From: Gordius albopunctatus
Taxonomy: Eukaryota
Assembly: GCA_964276515.1 (NCBI GenBank)
Contig: OZ193909.1
Location: 19,964,001 to 20,028,000, forward strand
Direction: 5' to 3'
DNA length: 64,000 bases
How positions within the stretch are numbered: position 1 is the stretch's first letter; each line of letters opens with the position of its first letter. Position numbers and translations under genes: made by a program. The notes below the pieces were generated by a model, which was not told the origin of the DNA, ran no database searches, and was given only the letters and a program-made list of their open reading frames with translations. Shown here piece after piece: positions 50,229-64,000 of the stretch.

Positions 50229-52144
50229 ATGACTGTGGAAGTTGAACAAGCGTTTAGGTATTTATAGTTATTCATTAATTACATAAATTTAGAAAGCCAA
50301 AAACGAGAGCAGGCAAACTTTTTTTGCTTAATAAGGAACCAAAAATACATGAAAATGATAAAAATACTATATTTGTTCGAACTGATAATGCGAATCAATA
50401 TATATTAAATGTCATGAAGGATATTGTAATTTAGTTTTTACTTTAATCATTGTTTAGTATTCTCTAAAAAAACCGAATGCAATTTTTTTCAACAAGAAGA
50501 ACTCAGTTAGACCATTCGAGAATGCAGTGCCATTAGTAAGCTATCAATAATAATATCTTTAAAAAATAATAGGAATTTTTCTCAGAAAAAAATGATTCAT
50601 CATTATTTTTTTTGGGAAGTCATTCTAAAAAACGCCCAAATAACCTTGTTTTAGGTATTGTATAAAATGTTGAATTATTAAATTTTTTAGGAAGAATGTA
50701 TGACTTTCATGTGCTAGACATGTTTGAATTTGGTATCACCAATTTTAAATCACTAAAGGATTTTCATGTAATTAAAACATTTAATTTGCTTTTGTATATT
50801 TAAATTTTAATCTTTAACTTTATGTTTCAAACTATATTAATCTTGTAAATAAAAATTTGGCACAAATTATGACTATTGTTTCAAAATTATAACTTTTATA
50901 ATTATTATTCCATCTTGTGTATAACTATGGAGGGGGAGTTTTCCCACACCAAATTAAAAAAAAGATAATGCAATTTAGTTTAAATGGTTTAATAACAATT
51001 GCCATATCATAATTGTTGCTAATCCTCTTTTCATAACAAATGCCTATTCATATTTATTTTATCACATCAATATATTAAATAATACTATTTATAGAAGAGC
51101 AAAGTTGTACTAGGAGCAAAACCTCTATTGTCATTTACAGGGCAAAAATTTGAATCAGATGATATATTTAAACGCATTAAAAATTTACTAACAGGTTATT
51201 GAAATTAATTTTACTCAATAAACTATTTGTGTAGATGTTTTTAGAGGGCCACAAATTGATGCAATTTCAATGAATGGAATTGAACATATTTTGTCATTTA
51301 CACTTTGCGAAGATAGTGATACCATCTTATTCCGAAGTTACAAGTATTAATTCTTTAACTTTTTTGTTATTTAATTCATATCTGGCAAATCAAATAAGTT
51401 TCAATTTTAATTTTTGACATGATTAAGTTGTTTGACAATAAGTCCTTAAAATGTTGAAAACTTTTTGTATCCTTAATTATCTTAACACCACAAGTTTGTT
51501 TAAATGCTCATAATTTTTCTCACTTTTTATATAAAAGTATAGGATTTAGGAAAAAGTGATAAGCTTGGATTGTTAGGTAAAGTTATTTTTAAACAAGTAG
51601 CAAAGAACTTTTTTGAATCAAACTTTTATTTTAGTGTTAGTTTAAATTCTGTTCTTACACATTTGATATCAATAATTTTAAGATGTATAATATATTTAAA
51701 TTTTTCATATAAAAAAGTTACAAAGACAATATTTTGCTATAAATCTGTTTTATTCTCATTGATTATAAATTACTTAATTTAATATATATTTAAAGTGATG
51801 CTTATTTATTACCTAATATATTTGTAGAATAATAAACAAAGGAAAAAATGAACACATACAAATAGAAGAGATTGGACCAAATTTTGATATGCAATTACGA
51901 AGACAAGTGATGGCATCGGATGAATTATTCAAGGCAGCCCTGCGTACACCTAAAGAACTAAAGGCAAGACCTACTCAAATTATCATTTGTATAATTACTG
52001 ATTTAGGTTAAAAAGGTGAAGAATGTTAGTTACAATGTTGAAGGCACCAAAATTGCAAGAATCCACATAAAACAACAAAATATAGACAGCCTTAAAACTA
52101 AAAAAATCAAGGGACTCAAAACCAAACGTGTTAAAGAAGAATAA
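50229..52144 (+). CDS. RPF2: Ribosome production factor 2 homolog (Brix domain)
   Basis: Exons 50229-50257, 50293-50425, 50458-50535, 50573-50654, 50691-50767, 51095-51194, 51235-51343, 51828-51963 and 52007-52144. Motifs KPKTRAGK...EPKIHEN, RPFE, GSHSKKRPNNLVLGRMYDFHVLDMFEFG, EEIGPNFD and KIKGLK. Confidence 0.95.
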
Positions 52145-52185
52145 AATGTTGTCACAATGTAAAAAAAATCTTTATTACTTTCACG

Positions 52186-53371
52186 TTATAAATGTATAAA
52201 TTTAAAGGGTATATACATATTTTTGTCTATAATGTCTTTAAGCATTTTTTTATAACCTAAATTTAATCGTTTTAATTTGAAACTTGTGTTGCAAGTAGGC
52301 AAATATTTAAAATTTAATTTGATTAAAAATCCCAAAATTAGGCCATCAGATAACATAGGTGATTGATTTGAAGTATTTGCTGTTCCACAATGTTCCAATG
52401 ATAATATACCATACATCTTATATTCATAAGGTTGATTATTACTATTGAAAATATCCTAAATTTAAATTTTTACTAATTTATAAAACAAAATTACTAAAAT
52501 AGAATTTTCCAATATGGTGATGTTTGTAAATTTATATTGGTAAATGTCAAAGACTGGAAGGGATCGATTATGGTCGACCAATAGTTTTAAAACTGGCTTC
52601 CTAAATTGAATATTTATAGTTTATGACTTATATCTTAACGGTGATTCAATCTGACAAATGATTAGCAATTGTGCTGCTAGCTGAGTATGTGGAACAATCT
52701 TGGGTAATATATTGTAATTTTCAAAATCGTGCATTATGTAATTTTGGTAATACTCACTTTTTAATTTTTCAATAATATCATAATACCTAATGTGACATGT
52801 TACATATTTCTAATTTCATATACCTCAATTTAACTTTATGGCTGAATATTTCTTCTAAATCAAACCATTGGGCTTTTTTTGAATGGACATCATGTTCTAC
52901 CTTGATAAGTCCATCTTATTAGATAAGTAAAGAGATGAAATGGTTATCTACCTTGTATGTTACAATTAAAAATAAATCTAAACCATCTCCCTTTATCACA
53001 TTCAATGGATGTTATGGAAAGTGGATGACATATTACACCTGCTTCTTCTTTAACCTCTCTTATTAATGCTGACTTTTAAAATATAAAATAAAAAGCAAAA
53101 TAAATACTTCTAAATTCTCTCTTTTTTCAACTTTGCCCCCAGGTATGTACCATTTATCTCTAAACTGCTTTTTAGATTCTTGTTGCAAAAGTATGCGGCT
53201 ATTTTTAATTATGATTCCACAAACTATATAAGATACGTTTTTGCGAACACTTATAAGATGGTCTACAAATTAAGATTTCATCAAGATTATCATAGTTATA
53301 CTTTTTTTATAATAGCTATGAATCTCGCAAGATCCATTAACCATTTCATTAATTTCATGGTAACATTTCAT
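52186..53371 (-). CDS. NUDT18: 8-oxo-dGDP phosphatase NUDT18-like Nudix hydrolase
   Basis: Exons 53371-53302, 53262-53108, 53072-52952, 52914-52824, 52786-52640, 52600-52495 and 52455-52186. Motifs RKNVSYIV, WYIPGGKVEKRENLESALIREVKEEAG (Nudix box), WFRFIF and GILSLEH...DGL. The first exon is the least certain. Confidence 0.88.
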
Positions 53372-53427
53372 ATTTATAACTGCCTTAAGGTACAAATCGA
53401 TAAGGCTTAATCAAATTTTCTTGGAGG

Positions 53428-53539
53428 CATGGGCGTTGCCAGGTTTTAGATTGGTGGGGAGGGGCGAAACGTTTTAAAGTTCGATTAGAAGGGGGGGTCA
53501 ATTTTTTTTGTCATTTAGGGGCCCCTGGCTACGCCCATG
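53428..53539. mobile_element. G-tract hAT MITE just upstream of the NUDT18 start
   Basis: CATGGGCGTTGCCAGG...CCTGGCTACGCCCATG with a degenerate TSD CTTGGAGG/CTCGCAGG. Confidence 0.8.
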
Positions 53540-56500
53540 CTCGCAGGTATCCAATTAAGCAGATTTTAAATAGTCAAATATTATAGTTAAACAAAGCTCG
53601 AATCAGAGTACTATTAAGGGCGTAAAATCGGCAATGTTTTGTTTTACCCATGATAGCATAAATTTTAATTTAAAGTTTTCACAGACTTTAGAACAGTTAT
53701 CTAATGAAGTTTTTTTTGGCCACCAATTTAATATAATTTTAGCTTAAATCAATTTTTAAAATTAATAATACATAAATCTTTCCTAAGGTTTTAGCGCTTG
53801 TTTTGCTAAAGATAATTTTGACAACCAGCTACTTTATATTATTTTATAAACTCGAACACATGTTTTTTATATAAGTATACACATATTTATCAAGCTAAAT
53901 AAAAACAAAAGTCTTTAAAAAATACCACAAACACACACATACGAATACTTAATAAGTTGATGGCTGTATGAAAGATTTCCCATAATTAATTTTTTTAATG
54001 ATTTTTTGTTTTCAATTTATTTATCAAACAAGCTGTAAAGTTTTTATCGTGCTTATTACCATTATCGACTTCATATATAATACAAGAAATTTTAAAATCA
54101 CAGATGTTAGTTAAAAAATTTTATAGTTTTAAATTGTGGTTTATACTGATATTAATTTCATGTTATTAAACATAGCAGGAGGAAATAATATGAAAAAATC
54201 AGGGATTTAAAGTTAAAATTAAAAAAAAAATGAGTGAGTAGATAAATATTGCTCTAGGGCAGTGGTTCACTAAGATTTTCAGCTATCGCCTTCGCAGATA
54301 TTTATAAGATTTTTGAAGCAACTAAAATTTGTTGTACATCGATATCGCTTAAGTGAGAATCGCTGGGCCTTAAATTAAAAAATCTCATTTAAGGATATTT
54401 AGCACTTATACGATTAATTTAATTATTCATTTAATTTATGAAATCTTTTCAACTCATGCTATTAATTTTTAACCCAAACCCGACCCAGCCCGAAGACATT
54501 TCAGAGAATTAAATTTAGTTTAAAAATATAACGAAATGTATGCTAAAGGTTTATAATATAATTATTTTAGTCCTTCTGGGGTCATCGTTTAAAACATCCC
54601 GCCTTGATTCAAATATCTGTCATATGCATATATTAGGTATGCTTTAATTAATATGTCATGAATGTGATGCTTTTTTTGATAGTGGCTGAATAATTTGAGA
54701 TCCCAATTTTGGGCCTAATGAGCAAATGTGTTATATCGAGCCGGGCAGCTCCAGTGGTTCAGGCATGACGAAGCCGACATTTTTTGAGGATAGATAAGAC
54801 GGATTAGGGTAGTACTTCATTTATAAAAGATCGGGCCTAATTGTGGTGGAGAATTTAAAAAAATCTTAGGTCTGCTTTATAGCCCTAGCATCCTTAAATT
54901 TACATAATATATGCAGATTTTAAAACGAAATGTACCAATTTCATATATTAATTTTTATTAGTTATTTTATATGTTTGCAAGCAATAATGACCTTATTATT
55001 TACTATTAACAAAGCTTAAAAACACGAGTTACAACTCGTCTTGATTTAAAGAAACATTCTAGATTTTTACATCAAAGTGGATTATAAATTTTTAAATATT
55101 TACATTCCCTACCTATATTCCAAGATATTCATTATTGATAAATAATAATAATCCCTAGAATTAAAGAGTAAGCCAAAGTTACGCTTGACCGGGCTCAATA
55201 CTACTTATTAGTAACATACATTTAATATCATCACAGAAAAACACAACTAAATTTGCTCAAGGGGTTATATAGAAAAAGTTGAAAGTGATATTTCGCTGAT
55301 AAAATTCGTATCTTATCACTATGTGTGACAAGGTTCCATAAATTATCACAAATTTTAATTAAGTAACCTAATGACCTGCTTCAAAATAAAGCTACAATCC
55401 TCAGCATTAGATAACACTAATCACATGTATTTAACCGTTAAGATGATACTCCTTATCAGGTATATATCGCACACAAAAAATATACCCATTCTCGATACTT
55501 CATCTCTATAATGTACATGACTATTGTAACTTTATTTGTTTGATTGCTAAACCATGCAAATATTAATTTTTACTTATTGATTGCTGAGCCATGCAATATA
55601 ATTTTTTTTAATTCCCTCCAATAAAAAATTCTCTTATTTTGCCCTGATCGGATCCCGCGCCATCATTACTGGTTTATCATTTTATTTTATTTTTCGATTT
55701 TAATTTACAATTATTTATGCAAATGAGCAGTACATACTTATCTTATGATATAGCTACATAATAGCTGTTAATCAATTTTTCGCAACAACATCAAAGAGCT
55801 CTATTTACAGTTTAAATATACATAGCTTATATGTAGGTTTATCGTAGACATGGTCAGAGGAGTAATGCTATTATACGTAATTATAGATCAAAGTCCTTTA
55901 ATTTAATGAGGATTGCATGTCACAAATAGTAAATAAAAAAATATAGGACCTTTGGAAAAATAGATACAATCTAAACTCTGCCTATTATTCCCCTAATATA
56001 TATATTTTTATAACGTTCACCCACGCTTTTAGTCTAACACCCAATTATTTGCATCTAGGATCGATAGCGCTATTGTGTAATTTTTTCCCCTTCCCGCTCC
56101 CCTACCATAACGGTTTTATTTATAAACGGCTCAGCCAGCCTATATCAATCCTAATAATTATTTGCCAAAAAGGACAAGTTTTTACGAATTACCGACATCC
56201 TGTAGATAATCTTGATGATTGTTTTTACTTAATTACTTTCCCCCAACTAGATGCGACCTTTTAGACAGGAACGCTTGGAAAATGTTTGTCACCAATCACC
56301 TAGCTTACAAGTCTCTGTTAACACGTCAAGAAAAATTAATTACCATTCGTAAACCACCAAGCCCTCTTCCCACAGTCTGACAGTCATTCAAGCAGGTACC
56401 AGTGTGCAACCAAACGAGGTAAACTATCCCTTATCTCCAGTAATTGCCGTAGATGGCATGTAAATTATTTTTTTGACTTATGTTTTTTATATAAACCGAG

Positions 56501-57473
56501 TGTGCTGCGTACTGACTTGTAGCACCTCACCGGTACTATTGTGACATCTAGTCCCATAGGCCCTCCTAGACATCTCTAAAGATGTAGACTCTCACTCGTC
56601 TTAAAATGAGTAAACGTTAAGAAAAAAACGACTGTTAGTCGGGGCGGACCTATCTATCTATCAGGTATATATCGTCCACTTGGATTATTTATGACTCAAT
56701 ATTTTGTATCTACAACTCAGGTCGTTTTAAACGAACTGTCGGTGTGAAAAAATTTCAGGAACCGGAACATTAGTGTTCTGAATAAAAGGTTCAAGACTTG
56801 TAGCGTGAGAAAATTTGTGCCCATCAAAACAGCATACGACGTGTTCTATTAATGTGTAAATCTTTTTGGCCAATTAGCTTCGTCATCACGTGGCTTTGCT
56901 TTGGTGAAATAAATTTTAACTTATATACCTTAATGAATTTCAATATACAGGAACGTAGGGAATTAGTTAAATAAGATATCTGGGTATTCAATTTAAATTT
57001 TTTTATTTAAGCGAAACTTTTGTCACAGATTCCCCATTAATTGGGTAGTTTATATAAAATCTTGTATCAAAAATTCCCCCCCCCCCTTTTATGCAATCCT
57101 ACCTGCGTTTCTGTTAATATACAAACGCGGTGTGAATCTAGAAAACAAATATTTGTAATAGGATCATAAGAATCTTTTATTATTAATAAGTTGAGCTTAT
57201 TTATAAGTAAATTCAATTATAATTTTTTGTACTCTGCTCAATTGAACTTGATCTTTAGCCTATGTCTTTAGCAGTTTGGACGAAAATTCTATAAATCAGT
57301 AGTAAAAAGATTCATTTTATAACATAAGATTGTTATTAGTCTATAATGCCTTATTAATAATATTAATTTAAAGTCCTTGAAATTTTTATCAATTTAAATT
57401 GTAAAGGTCCATATGTGTTTAATTAGTGGCTTCGTTTAGGAGATAAAATATAGCTTCGATACGATCATAATAA

Positions 57474-63005
<5,532 letters not shown>

Positions 63006-64000
63006 ACTGGGTGTCACTAGGTCTTCATTGCGCATCTCACCCATCTTATCATAATGGGACTGCTCTTTATTTTTCTTCCTCCCCTTCATAAACCTCTCAA
63101 AGTTTGGTCAAACTCTCAAAACTCCTCGCGCCGGAACTTAGCTAATCTACAAATTACATTATACGACAACGTCCCTTCCTCCTCCCCTGTTTTATTTTAT
63201 AGCGGGCATTGTAACTCGAGATTCATTATCACACTGTGTCTATTTAGCGACCATTTCATTTCTTTTTAATAATATAATAATTACAAATTGCTCCTTTTCG
63301 TGTAATATCATCATTTATTGTATTCGTTCGTTGGTCCCATTTATTACTAAGTGACGAATCTATGTGTAAAGGAAATGCGCGATTTCGCCCCCTTTTGCAT
63401 ATGTATATAGTAACTATTGACTTCCTTACTTATCTCTAGTGAGGAAGCCCCAAGTACCTTTTCTTCAGAAATATTCGCTTGGAAATTATGTATAGAAGCT
63501 TTTTTATCACGATCTTTCTGCCGCCCGCCCATGTCTCAAAACACAAATAATCAAATATGTACACACACACGCTTTAAGCTTATTTCGTTCGTTACAGCTT
63601 ATAACTACTACTCATCATGATACATAAATTAAGCTTTGTTTGACACCACCACCATCTCCTCCTATCCATTGATATATAAGCCCATTTAATTTAGCCATTT
63701 ACACCATTTTCATTTTATTCAAATGATTGTCTCGATTTATTTCCAGCATCATACATGAAATTATGCATACAAAAACCCATATTTGGCTTTGTATTTTTGC
63801 TTACCCTTATGATTGTATTTATTATGTAATGTCGACGAATAAATTTTAAATATTCTGTCGGCACTCCATGTGCTCTGTTTTTAGTGTTTCGATCTCGTCT
63901 AAGCGTTGAAAGCAAAATATCGTCTCGGTCTTGACGAGAATTCTCGACTTTACAAAAAAAATTTGTACGAAATTAAAATTTCTCCAATTATATATTAAAT

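Noticed and set aside
56200..56620. R4/Dong-like LINE remnant (GRGLGGL)
   Set aside because: A single short motif among many stops.

Overview
AT-rich, intron-containing invertebrate (metazoan) genomic DNA; not prokaryotic and no CRISPR. Five host genes can be rebuilt by hand: the 3' end of AMP deaminase (+), a claudin-like gene of the CG6398/NSY-4 type (-), RPF2 (+) and NUDT18 (-) arranged tail-to-tail with 32-43-nt micro-introns, and Rho1/RhoA (+). There is one tRNA-Ser(GCT). Most of the remainder is nested mobile DNA: many hAT MITEs with 8-bp TSDs, a long-TIR IS630/Tc1-type DD34E element, a MULE remnant, RTE and CRE-like LINE remnants, and a HINE/DINE-1-like family carrying hairpin satellite arrays. 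The most notable signals are twister-ribozyme folds at the 5' ends of the RTE copies, transposase genes carrying host-sized micro-introns, and satellite arrays with tRNA-like B-boxes. All protein and RNA family assignments come from recalled motifs, not from database searches.
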